NCBI GenBank assembly: GCA_964291315.2
Contig: OZ219753.1
Location: 480,001 to 544,000, forward strand
Length of the DNA: 64,000 bases
Origin: Candidatus Poribacteria bacterium
GTDB lineage: Bacteria; Poribacteria; WGA-4E; WGA-3G
Direction: 5' to 3'
The position numbers and the translations under genes were made by a program. Positions 19,576 through 28,605 of the stretch are shown piece by piece (position 1 is the first letter of the stretch; each line of letters opens with the position of its first letter). The notes under the pieces were generated by a model. It did no database searches, was not told the origin of the DNA, and was given only the letters and a program-made list of their open reading frames with translations.

Positions 19576-19695
19576 CTGCCTGCAGGAGGAAACTCCGATT
19601 TCCGACGGCACAATAGATGCCAAGTCTGCTATAATAGTTATAGCGGTAGGGCGACGGCAGCGCCTTGTAGCATGAACTGGCACGTTGGGCAACTT
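19576..19695 (+). repeat. ~120-bp imperfect direct repeat, copy 1 (copy 2 at 21481-21600)
   Basis: Both copies share CTGCCTGCAGGAGGAAAC.CCGATTTCCGAC...TAGATGCCAAGTCTGCTATAATAG..ATAGCG...GGGCGACGGCAG. Confidence 0.85.
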
Positions 19696-19768
19696 AACCC
19701 TATTTTATGCCACTTCCGCTATGCAGGTGTGGGCAATCTAACAATCAACGCATAAAACGAGGTGAAAC

Positions 19769-21466
19769 ATGTCTAAATGGAAATTGACGATTGTTGCTTT
19801 ACTGAGTGTCGCTCTCTGTCGCTGCCTCCAAGCGGAAGAGACAGATAACGGAACTCCGGAGGACACCGCTCCTGCGGGCATGGTGTTGATCCCTGCGGGC
19901 GCGTTTCAGATGGGTAGCAACGATGCGGAAGATGAGCAGCCGGTTCATACCGTCTACGTGGATGCGTTTTATATGGACACACATGAAGTGACGAATGCGG
20001 ACTTCCAGCGGTTTGTGTTGGCGAACCCGCAGTGGCAGAAGAGCCGGATTCCGGCCAACTTACAAGATGGGTCTTACCTATCTCATTGGGATGATTCTAA
20101 CAACTATCCTGCGGGCAAGGCGAATCATCCTGTTGTTTATGTGAGCTGGTATGGTGCGGTGGCGTATGCGAAGTGGGCGGGCAAACGGCTCCCCACAGAG
20201 GCAGAATGGGAGAAAGCTGCACGCGGTGGCAAGTCGGGTCTGAAGTATCCCTGGGGAAACACGATTAGCAGCACACAGGCGAACTACGGCAAAAATGTCG
20301 GTGGGACGACGGCAGTGGGTACATATCTTGTGAATGGATACGGTCTGTATGATATGGCGGGTAATGTCTGGGAGTGGTGTCTGGATGAGTATAATTGGAA
20401 CTTCTATACTATTTCCCCGGTCCGTAATCCGCTGTCAGGTGCACCCAATATCAAGTGGTTATTAGATAACTATACAAATATTGATAGTAACCGCGTCTTG
20501 CGTGGCGGCTCCTGGTACCTTACGGCTCAGAGCGTGCGGGTCGCCTACCGCGGCGGCATTCCGCCTACGTTCTCGGTCAGCACCGACGGTTTTCGTTGTG
20601 CGAGGACTGTATCCCCTTCGGATGCTGGCGAGGGGACGGGTCCTGGTGCTGCCCCTACTGCTCCTGTGCCTAGTGTCACTCCCCTGCCACAGGAGCTTCC
20701 TGCTGCGCCCGAGGGCATGGTGTTGATCCCTGCGGGCGAGTTTGAGATGGGCAGCAACGATGCGGAATCTGACACGGATGAGCAGCCCATTCATACTGTC
20801 TACGTGGATGCGTTTTATATGGACACACATGAAGTGACGAATGCGGACTTCCAGCGTTTTGTGTTGGCGAACCCACAGTGGCAGAAGAGCCGGATTCCAC
20901 GCAACTTACACAATGGGTACTACCTACATTATTGGGATGATGATAACAACTACCCTGCGGGCAAGGCGAACCATCCTGTTGTTGAAGTGAGTTGGTATGC
21001 TGCTGTGGCATATGCGAAGTGGGCAGGGAAACGGCTGCCTACAGAGGCGGAGTGGGAGAAAGCCGCACGCGGTGGCAGGTCGGGGTTAAGGTATCCCTGG
21101 GGAAACACGATTAGCAGCACACACACGAACTATGGCAAAAATGTTAATGATACGACGGCAGTGGGTGCGTATCCTGCGAATGGGTATGGTCTCTATGATA
21201 TGGCGGGGAATGTAGAGGAGTGGTGTCTGGATGGGTATGACGAAGACTTCTATACTATTTCCCCGGTCCGTAATCCGTTGTCAGGTGCGCCCAATATCAA
21301 GTGGTTATTAGATAACTATACAAAAGTTAATTCGTCCCGCGTGTTGCGTGGCGGCTCCTGGCTCGATGCAGCCCGGAGCGTGCGGGTCGCCAACCGCAGC
21401 GCCGATACGCCGGCGTTCACGGGCAACAACCTCGGGTTCCGTTGTGTGTGGTCTGTATCCCCTTGA
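19769..21466 (+). CDS. DGR target 3: signal peptide and two tandem FGE-sulfatase/CLec domains, each ending in a VR
   Basis: GAGGTG RBS, signal peptide, and two complete domains joined by a Pro/Ala linker. Confidence 0.9.
   Translation: MSKWKLTIVALLSVALCRCLQAEETDNGTPEDTAPAGMVLIPAGAFQMGSNDAEDEQPVHTVYVDAFYMDTHEVTNADFQRFVLANPQWQKSRIPANLQDGSYLSHWDDSNNYPAGKANHPVVYVSWYGAVAYAKWAGKRLPTEAEWEKAARGGKSGLKYPWGNTISSTQANYGKNVGGTTAVGTYLVNGYGLYDMAGNVWEWCLDEYNWNFYTISPVRNPLSGAPNIKWLLDNYTNIDSNRVLRGGSWYLTAQSVRVAYRGGIPPTFSVSTDGFRCARTVSPSDAGEGTGPGAAPTAPVPSVTPLPQELPAAPEGMVLIPAGEFEMGSNDAESDTDEQPIHTVYVDAFYMDTHEVTNADFQRFVLANPQWQKSRIPRNLHNGYYLHYWDDDNNYPAGKANHPVVEVSWYAAVAYAKWAGKRLPTEAEWEKAARGGRSGLRYPWGNTISSTHTNYGKNVNDTTAVGAYPANGYGLYDMAGNVEEWCLDGYDEDFYTISPVRNPLSGAPNIKWLLDNYTKVNSSRVLRGGSWLDAARSVRVANRSADTPAFTGNNLGFRCVWSVSP
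20492..20617 (+). repeat. DGR variable repeat VR4 (internal)
   Basis: TGG TAC CTT ACG GCT CAG AGC GTG CGG GTC GCC TAC CGC GGC GGC ATT CCG CCT ACG TTC TCG GTC AGC ACC GAC GGT TTT. All core changes fall at inferred A positions. Confidence 0.88.
21333..21463 (+). repeat. DGR variable repeat VR5
   Basis: TGG CTC GAT GCA GCC CGG AGC GTG CGG GTC GCC AAC CGC AGC GCC GAT ACG CCG GCG TTC ACG GGC AAC AAC CTC. The 3' constant part is diverged (GGG TTC CGT TGT GTG TGG). Confidence 0.85.
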
Positions 21467-21480
21467 ACCTTATTTTTTAT

Positions 21481-21600
21481 CTGCCTGCAGGAGGAAACCC
21501 CGATTTCCGACATCACCCTAGATGCCAAGTCTGCTATAATAGGCATAGCGATGGGGCGACGGCAGTGCATTGTTGCATAACCTGCTGGGTTGTGTAACTT
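21481..21600 (+). repeat. ~120-bp imperfect direct repeat, copy 2
   Basis: Matches 19576-19695. Confidence 0.85.
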
Positions 21601-21729
21601 CAGGTCTTCTTCCACAACCTGAGAGGCTGTGCAGATGAAACCAATAATTATCAAAATCGCGTTATAATGAGCGGTAACTCAAAGATCAATAAAAAATTGT
21701 TCTGTTATTTTTCTAAAAAATATTTTTTC

Positions 21730-21758
21730 TTGACAAACGTCAAATTATGTAGTATACT
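21730..21758 (+). promoter_or_regulatory. sigma70 promoter of the tRNA-Val/Asp operon
   Basis: TTGACA, a 17-nt spacer, then TATACT, with an AT-rich upstream element. Confidence 0.75.
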
Positions 21759-21838
21759 TAATAATGTCCTTTATATGAGGTAGTGCCGAATAGCGCTATT
21801 GATACATGAATTGTTTCCGCTTCGTATCTATCTCATTT

Positions 21839-21912
21839 GGGCGGGTAGCTCAGGTGGCTAGAGCGACAGCCTTACAAGCTGTAGGTCACAGGTTCAAGTC
21901 CTGTCCCGCCTA
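21839..21912 (+). tRNA. tRNA-Val(TAC)
   Basis: Cloverleaf with anticodon arm ACAGC-CTTACAA-GCTGT and a GGTTCAAGTCC T-arm. Confidence 0.95.
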
Positions 21913-21931
21913 CCTGTTAGCTATCTATTGA

Positions 21932-22006
21932 GGGCTCGTGGCGCAGTTGGTCTAGCGCGCCTGCCTGTCACGCAGGAGGTCGCGGGTTCAAGTCCCGTCG
22001 GGCCCG
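21932..22006 (+). tRNA. tRNA-Asp(GTC)
   Basis: Anticodon arm CCTGC-CTGTCAC-GCAGG and a GGTTCAAGTCC T-arm. Confidence 0.95.
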
Positions 22007-22024
22007 TTTCTATCGTGTCGAATT

Positions 22025-22060
22025 AGCCGCACGTTGTGCCTCACAACGTTGTGGCTTTTT
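22025..22060 (+). terminator. Rho-independent terminator after the tRNAs
   Basis: AGCCGCACGTTGTG-CCT-CACAACGTTGTGGCT followed by a T run. Confidence 0.75.
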
Positions 22061-22160
22061 CATTATAGGAACAATCGCTATATATAATCCCGATCTCGAC
22101 ATCTTATCTTTTCAATACGGCTTCCTAAACAAAACTTTACAATAAAGGAGCAAAATCACT

Positions 22161-23450
22161 GTGCTCGACCTTAAATTTATTCGCGAAAATATTGTGGCTG
22201 TCCGCCAGATGGTAGCAGACCGCCACATTGACGCTGACCTGGACCGGTTGGTAGAGTTGGATACATGCTGGCGTGAAAACTTGACATATACACAGTCCCT
22301 CAAAGCACACCAAAATAGGATCTCCCAAGAAATTGCGCAACTGAAAAAAGCAAATGTGGAGACTACAGAAACTGTCGATGAGATGCGAGAACTCTCCCAA
22401 AAAATCAAAAAACTTACCGCCGAAGCCAACATTATGAAAACCGAGATAGATGCCATCTTATTGACGATCCCGAATATGCCTGAAGCAAGCACGCCCGTTG
22501 GAACTACTGAAGCGGATAACATTGAAATCAAAACCTGGGGCGAATTGCCCAGCTTCAATTTCCAACCAAAGCCGCACTGGGAAATCGCTGAACAGCTAGA
22601 TATTGTCGATTTTCAACGCGGGGCAAAAGTGGCGGGGAGTAACTTCCCCCTTTTCAAGGGGCTAGGCGCAAGGTTAGAACGAGCCTTGATTCAATTCATG
22701 CTTGACTTGCACACAACCGAGCACGGCTATACGGAAGTCTCTCCACCGTTTCTTGCCAACCGACCTACAATGACTGGAACTGGACAGCTTCCCAAATTTG
22801 AGGCAGATATGTATCGATGTGATAGGAATGAAGAGAACCCTGATAGCGACCTATTCCTGATACCAACTGCCGAGGTCCCTCTGACGAATATCTTCGCAGG
22901 TGAGATACTTTCTGCAGACGAGCTGCCTATCTACTACACGGCTTATACACCTTGCTTCCGACGTGAAGCGGGCGCTTACGGGAAGGGTACACGCGGTCTA
23001 CAACGCGTCCATCAATTTGACAAAGTAGAGATGGTAAAATTCACCACACCGCAAACCTCCTACGCCGAGCATGAATCACTGCTCACAAACGCTGAAAGTG
23101 TCTTGCAAGCACTCGGTTTGCCCTATCGCGTTGTGCAACACTGCACTGTGGAGCTCTCCTTCGCCGCAGCAAAATGTTACGATATTGAGGTCTGGGCACC
23201 TACCGCCCAAAGATTCCTAGAGGTATCTTCGTGTAGTAACTTCGAGGCGTTCCAAGCACGCAGAGCAAATATCCGATTCCGACCAGCGCCCGGAGCGAAA
23301 CCAGAGTTTGTTCACACACTCAACGCCTCCGGAACAGCATTACCGCGCGTTGTCATCGCGCTGCTTGAGACGTATCAGAATACTGACGGCACAGTCCGTG
23401 TACCTACGATCCTGCAACCTTACATGGGAGGACTGACACAGATCGCGTAA
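22161..23450 (+). CDS. serS: Serine--tRNA ligase
   Basis: MLDLKFIREN, GTGQLPKF, LIPTAEVP, FRREAG, QFDKVE and HTLNASG. Confidence 0.97.
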   Translation: MLDLKFIRENIVAVRQMVADRHIDADLDRLVELDTCWRENLTYTQSLKAHQNRISQEIAQLKKANVETTETVDEMRELSQKIKKLTAEANIMKTEIDAILLTIPNMPEASTPVGTTEADNIEIKTWGELPSFNFQPKPHWEIAEQLDIVDFQRGAKVAGSNFPLFKGLGARLERALIQFMLDLHTTEHGYTEVSPPFLANRPTMTGTGQLPKFEADMYRCDRNEENPDSDLFLIPTAEVPLTNIFAGEILSADELPIYYTAYTPCFRREAGAYGKGTRGLQRVHQFDKVEMVKFTTPQTSYAEHESLLTNAESVLQALGLPYRVVQHCTVELSFAAAKCYDIEVWAPTAQRFLEVSSCSNFEAFQARRANIRFRPAPGAKPEFVHTLNASGTALPRVVIALLETYQNTDGTVRVPTILQPYMGGLTQIA

Positions 23451-23567
23451 TAGTATTGCAAATGTCTGAAGAAAAGATATGCTTCCTTTAGCGGAGAAAT
23501 AGCAGGTGAATTTTCCGAGCCTCACCGATGTACGTTGTTTGCAAGCGCGGACATTCTACCCATAAGC

Positions 23568-24635
23568 CTATACATTGGATTCCATTCGCGGTCGGAGTAC
23601 TTTCAGCTCCTTGAGCAGCACACTTCTTTTTTCTTTATGTTGCTCTATGCCTGCCACGTCTGTTTTCACCGTAAATCCTGCATCCGTGATCATCTCGAGT
23701 GTGCGTGATGTTGCTGCCCCTGTTGCATTCAGATAGCCGTCTACAAATAACGAATTCGCCGGATAGAGCGCCATCACTTCCATGCTCCGAAGATGGTGTT
23801 CTCTACCTGCTGCCACCCGTAACTCCGCTCGTGGATTCAAAAACCGATACAGACAGAGCACGCGGAGACAATACTCCGGTGTCAATGATGGTGCTTCTGT
23901 TAACTGCGTTCCTGATATTGGAAGAAAAAAGTTGACAGGAAGCGAAGCAACCTCAAGGCGTTGGAGTTCTTTTGCGACTTGAATTAAGTCCTCTATTCCC
24001 TCACCCATCCCAAGAATTACACCGGAACAACAGGCGAGTCCAACCCTTTGTGCCGCATATAGAGTCTTCATCCTATCCTGATAGGTGTGAGTATTACATA
24101 TCTTCGGATAGTGTGCCTCCGAGGTATTCAGATTGTGATTCAATCTATCCAATCCGGCAGCTTTCAACGTCTGAGCCGCTTCAACGTCAATGAGTCCGGC
24201 GGAAAGACATACTTCGATCGGATAACGAGCTTTCACAGCACGAATGAGTTTAGCGAGGTGAGCAACCCGTTTTCGTGACGGACCGCGTCCGCTCAAAACG
24301 AGGCAGTAGCGATAAGCCCCTGATTTGTAAGCACGTTCGGCTTCTGCTAAAATCTCAACTTCAGGTTTTAAAGGGTACTCCTCAATATCTGCTGTCGCAG
24401 AACTCGCTTGCGCACAGTAGGAGCAGTCCTCAGGGCAAAAACCGTTCTGAGCATTGTTCAGGATATGTAGATGCACATCATTTTGAAAATAAGTTTTGCG
24501 CACCTGATACGCAGCATCCAAAAGCGGAAGAAGTTCCACCTCCGAGGCTGTTAGAATCTTTTCACAACAAGCATCTGAAAGTAATTTACCGTGAAGACTT
24601 GTCGTTGTCAATTTTTGATAAAATGTTGCTTCCAT
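23568..24635 (-). CDS. bioB: Biotin synthase
   Basis: CPEDCSYCAQ radical-SAM motif, NHNLNTS, CCSGVILGMGE and RVAAGRE. Confidence 0.93.
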   Translation of the reverse strand: MEATFYQKLTTTSLHGKLLSDACCEKILTASEVELLPLLDAAYQVRKTYFQNDVHLHILNNAQNGFCPEDCSYCAQASSATADIEEYPLKPEVEILAEAERAYKSGAYRYCLVLSGRGPSRKRVAHLAKLIRAVKARYPIEVCLSAGLIDVEAAQTLKAAGLDRLNHNLNTSEAHYPKICNTHTYQDRMKTLYAAQRVGLACCSGVILGMGEGIEDLIQVAKELQRLEVASLPVNFFLPISGTQLTEAPSLTPEYCLRVLCLYRFLNPRAELRVAAGREHHLRSMEVMALYPANSLFVDGYLNATGAATSRTLEMITDAGFTVKTDVAGIEQHKEKRSVLLKELKVLRPRMESNV

Positions 24636-24707
24636 CTTTTAATTTAATTTTTTAATGCTAGCAGAATGTTGCAACGTTGTGCATATTTCAGTTCCGTTCC
24701 ATCCGTT

Positions 24708-25523
24708 CTAAGTGTCCCACACAATCTCGACAGCGTTGAAAACCGGACCCTCGGTGCAAATACGCTGATATTCAAAACTGTCTCTGCCCGTTCGGACAGG
24801 GCAAACACAACCGAGACAAACACCCATAGCACATCCCATCCGATTTTCCATAGCGATTTGGGCCGGTACTTCAAAATCTGATGCAATCTTTGTAACTGCA
24901 GCTAGCATTCCATGCGGCCCACACGCATAAATCGTCGGACAGGGCCAATCGGTCTGTCTAAGCAGGCCGGTAAGGAGGTCAGTGACGTATCCACAATACC
25001 CGATGCTACCGTCATCTGTCGCAATATGCACCGGAATACCTATAGATTCTAAATCCTGTACACTCAGAAGTCGAGCGTAATGCTGTGCTCCCACTAATCC
25101 GATCGTCTCAATACCGTTTTTACGTAATGCTGTAGCAAGCAACATGAGTGAAGCAATACCGGCCCCGCCACCAGCAAGTACCGCAGGTTTAGGTTTGCTT
25201 TCAAAATTAAATGCGTTACCAAGTGGACCCAAAACTTGCAATGAGCCACCCTCTGGCATTTCTGACAAATGTTTTGTTCCGTTGCCGATGATCTGGTAGA
25301 GCATCGTTATTTCGCTGCCTTCCACCGTGTAGATAGTGAACGGGCGCCGAAGTAAAAGACCACGACCTTGCGGAATCAGAACATGCACAAACTGCCCCGG
25401 ACGTGCCTGTCTTGCAATCTCAGCACACTCACATCGCAATAAGTAATGGGCTTCTGCTACCTCTTCATTTGAGAGAATAGTCGTATGGACATCGAAGCTG
25501 CTTGAAAGATGCTCGTTTCGCAT
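24708..25523 (-). CDS. pyrK: Dihydroorotate dehydrogenase electron-transfer subunit
   Basis: PGQFV, LLRRPFT, GPLGN, YACGP and MGCAMGVCLGC...CTEGPVF. The start is uncertain. Confidence 0.88.
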   Translation of the reverse strand: MRNEHLSSSFDVHTTILSNEEVAEAHYLLRCECAEIARQARPGQFVHVLIPQGRGLLLRRPFTIYTVEGSEITMLYQIIGNGTKHLSEMPEGGSLQVLGPLGNAFNFESKPKPAVLAGGGAGIASLMLLATALRKNGIETIGLVGAQHYARLLSVQDLESIGIPVHIATDDGSIGYCGYVTDLLTGLLRQTDWPCPTIYACGPHGMLAAVTKIASDFEVPAQIAMENRMGCAMGVCLGCVCPVRTGRDSFEYQRICTEGPVFNAVEIVWDT

Positions 25524-25873
25524 ACCATATATGTTACCACCAAAAGTAGAATATAGCAAGGCCATCCTTGACAACGTTACTTAGTGTCCCTATAGCACAG
25601 AAACCTTAATGCCGATTTTCGACTGTCTTCTATACGCAGCATTTCCAAACGCAAAAAATAAATGAATACCTCTGTTTTTACTATCTTTTTCCAGACAAAT
25701 GTCTCTAAACAAATAGCACAACCTTGCTCCGGTAAGTTTTAATATGTGGCTTCTCACACTCACCGGGTTGGGCACACTAATTTCTCTTTATACCGTGGGG
25801 CATTAAGAGATTTGCTTGCAACTTCTGAAAATTGTGTTACAATACAATTAAACACGAAGGAGTACAATAAAAA

Positions 25874-26818
25874 GTGAAAAATATATTGAAGTTTCGCAAC
25901 GATTACCGTTTCAAAATCGTTCAATTTACTGATATTCATTGGCACAACGGGGAAGAACCTGACCAGCAATCAGCCGCATTGATGCGACAAATCGTAACAG
26001 CCGAATCTCCGGATCTAATTGTGCTGACAGGCGATATTTTAGCCGGCGGTGGATGTAATGATGCCGCCGACTCCCTCCGACAAGTTATCAAGGTTGTCGA
26101 GGAGGCAGACATTCCCTGGGCAGCGGTCTTAGGTAACCACGATGACGAAGGCACAGCTGACCGCCATGAGCTAATGGATATCATGCAACAAAGCTCGTTA
26201 TCACTTACACAACCAGGACCCTCAACGGTGCCTGGAGTCGGGAACTATGTCTTACCTATCCAGAGCTCTGACGGAAGCTCAACAACCGCAGTTTTATATT
26301 TCATTGACTCAGGCAGCTACGCCCAAACAGATATTGACGGTTACGATTGGATCAAACGAGAACAGATCGCCTGGTACCTGCAAGAGTCTCAAAAATTCAC
26401 AGCTGAAGCAGGACACCCGCTTCCTGCGCTTGCTTTCTTCCATATACCAATTCCTGAATATGACGAGGTATGGGATTTCCATACGTGTTATGGCGTGAAA
26501 TATGAAAGTGTTTGCGCCCCTCGAGTTAATACAGGTTTCTTCGCCGCTATGCATGAAGCCGGCGACGTGATGGGCACTTTTGTTGGGCACGAGCATATCA
26601 ATGACTTCTGGGGCAATTTGCATGGAATCCGCCTCTGCTACGGGCGCGCCACCGGCTACAATACATACGGCAAGGAAGGGTTTCTCCGCGGCGGACGCAT
26701 AATTGTATTGCAGGAAGGCACACGGCAATTTGAAACATGGCTACGCCTTGATGACGGCACAAGAGTCCATGCACAACCTGAGCATGCACCGATCCAACGA
26801 ACTTTTACTGAAGAATAA
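25874..26818 (+). CDS. Calcineurin-like metallophosphoesterase (Dcr2/PAP28-29-like)
   Basis: FKIVQFTDIH, LTGD, GNHD, FFHIPIPEY and GHEHIND. Confidence 0.85.
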   Translation: MKNILKFRNDYRFKIVQFTDIHWHNGEEPDQQSAALMRQIVTAESPDLIVLTGDILAGGGCNDAADSLRQVIKVVEEADIPWAAVLGNHDDEGTADRHELMDIMQQSSLSLTQPGPSTVPGVGNYVLPIQSSDGSSTTAVLYFIDSGSYAQTDIDGYDWIKREQIAWYLQESQKFTAEAGHPLPALAFFHIPIPEYDEVWDFHTCYGVKYESVCAPRVNTGFFAAMHEAGDVMGTFVGHEHINDFWGNLHGIRLCYGRATGYNTYGKEGFLRGGRIIVLQEGTRQFETWLRLDDGTRVHAQPEHAPIQRTFTEE

Positions 26819-26868
26819 TAGTTTGTATGGAATCTAACAAGGCCAGGCTTATTTGATAGGAGAAAATT

Positions 26869-27213
26869 TTGAGAGCAAATTCCCAAATTTCTGTGCGACA
26901 CACAGGAAAAGTCGCCATATTTGACATTACCGGGTATCTCACTGATGCTTCTGAACCTATGTTGAGTGAGGCTTACGCCAGTCATGAGGTACAGGATGCT
27001 GAAAAGATTTTGCTTAATTTTGAACGGCGCAGTTTCATCACAAGTAGTGGGTTCGGTGAAATTATCAGGCTGCTCTGGAAAGTACGAGACAGAGGACAGG
27101 TTTTACGCGTTGCACACCCGTCTACCCAAGTCAGAAACATCTTCAATACCATCGGACTCACACAAAGCATCGATATTTTTGAATCCGAAGAAGCAGCCTT
27201 GAAGGGTTTTTAA
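26869..27213 (+). CDS. STAS-domain anti-sigma-factor antagonist
   Basis: 114 aa with FITSSGFG (phospho-Ser motif) and FESEEAAL. AGGAG RBS. Confidence 0.85.
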   Translation: MRANSQISVRHTGKVAIFDITGYLTDASEPMLSEAYASHEVQDAEKILLNFERRSFITSSGFGEIIRLLWKVRDRGQVLRVAHPSTQVRNIFNTIGLTQSIDIFESEEAALKGF

Positions 27214-27543
27214 TGCAATACGATCGCCACAAGCGCTCTGAAAAGCAACCGTTCAAATAGCCATTCTAAAAAAAATAAAAACCACATCCAACTGCTAATC
27301 CAATACGCATAGTAGGCAGAAAACCACATGTTCAACAATCGAAGCCGTTACACCTTGATGCCACTACCATAAGAGCTGCAATGCCCCTCTATTCTCTGGC
27401 AGCGGAAATGCCCACTGATTTTGAATGCTGCTAGCTGGTACAGCAGCACAGCGTAACCATGCGCAAATTATAGCACTATTTTTGCCATTCTTCACTCTTT
27501 GTGCTATAATAGGAGACACACGATTGCACAAAGTGGAGTAACT

Positions 27544-28605
27544 ATGCCATCCCGCATTCTGGTCGGTGAGACGCTTCCTAACATCGATAAAATACTCGTT
27601 ATCCGTGTCGACGGCATCGGCGACCTGCTCAATTCGACACCGGCGATTGCGCTGTTACGAGCGAACTACCCCACTGCGGAAATCGCAGTTCTAACGCGTC
27701 CGATCAATGCGCCGGTCTTAACAGCGAACCTAGATGTAGATAGAGTCATCCTCTTCGATAGTGAGGACAAGCATCATGGTTTAACCGCACAACTCCGGTT
27801 CTACCGGGACTTACGGAGCGAAAAGTTTCAGCTGGCCGTTGCGCTGCAGACAGGAACGTGGCCCCATCTCGTTGCTCGCCTCTCCGGGGCTCCCTACCGC
27901 TTAGGCCGGTATCAGAAACGATTCAGGTCCACACTTACACACGCATGGCGCGGTAGATATCGAAAGGGAGAGAACCATGAAGTCGATAGAAACTTGGAGC
28001 TAGTACGATTAGTCTGTAACGGAGAAGGCGCACGGGAACTAAAATTTCATCTGTTACCTAATGAGATCGACGCTGCTAAAACGCACCTTGCATCATGTGG
28101 TCTTGATGTTGATACATTTCTCATCGGCATCCATCCGGGCGGAAGTTCCTTTGATAAACGTTGGCCCGAAAAGCGATACGCTGAACTTGCCGACAGGCTA
28201 GCCTGCCAGTACAACGCGGCAATTCTTCTCTTGCGCGGTCCCAAAGAGGAAGTATTGATATATAATATTCAGCAAGCCATGCAATCATATGCTACTGTAC
28301 ATGCACCAGAGACAATCCGTGAGCTCGGAGCACTCTTGTCTTGTTGCTCCTTAGTTGTCTGCAATGATTCAGGTCCGATGCACCTCGCCGCAGCACTAGA
28401 CGTTCCAACGGTAGCAATCTTCGGACCAACAGATCATGTCGCTTGGCATCCGATGAGCGAAAACGCTTCTGTTGTCCGACAAGATATGCCGTGTTGGCCC
28501 TGTAGCGCACATAAGTGCAAAATCGGATGGGAATGTACAAAAAGACTGCCGGTTCAAACTGTCTGGGATGCAGCCACAGCAACTATAGAAACGAGGGCAA
28601 AATGA
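27544..28605 (+). CDS. Glycosyltransferase family 9 (heptosyltransferase-like)
   Basis: GIGDLL, HPGGS..KRWP and NDSGPMHLAAA..PTVAIFGPT. Confidence 0.9.
   Translation: MPSRILVGETLPNIDKILVIRVDGIGDLLNSTPAIALLRANYPTAEIAVLTRPINAPVLTANLDVDRVILFDSEDKHHGLTAQLRFYRDLRSEKFQLAVALQTGTWPHLVARLSGAPYRLGRYQKRFRSTLTHAWRGRYRKGENHEVDRNLELVRLVCNGEGARELKFHLLPNEIDAAKTHLASCGLDVDTFLIGIHPGGSSFDKRWPEKRYAELADRLACQYNAAILLLRGPKEEVLIYNIQQAMQSYATVHAPETIRELGALLSCCSLVVCNDSGPMHLAAALDVPTVAIFGPTDHVAWHPMSENASVVRQDMPCWPCSAHKCKIGWECTKRLPVQTVWDAATATIETRAK

Larger units (their letters stand above)
13319..21466 (+). mobile_element. Diversity-generating retroelement locus (target-avd-RT-TR/VR chimera-targets)
   Basis: Avd, a DGR-type RT and six ~130-bp repeats that differ almost only at inferred template adenines. 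Confidence 0.93.

Noticed and set aside
13547-21011. Recurrent antisense ORFs (e.g. MRVHIKRI...) as a gene family
   Set aside because: They are shadows of the repeated CLec domains on the opposite strand.
13319-21466. FGE-domain proteins as true formylglycine-generating enzymes for the sulfatase at 4874-6334
   Set aside because: The catalytic Cys pair after RGGS is absent, and that segment is the variable repeat.
10311-21663. Prophage carrying the DGR
   Set aside because: No integrase, structural or replication genes. The intact targets have signal peptides rather than tail-fibre features.
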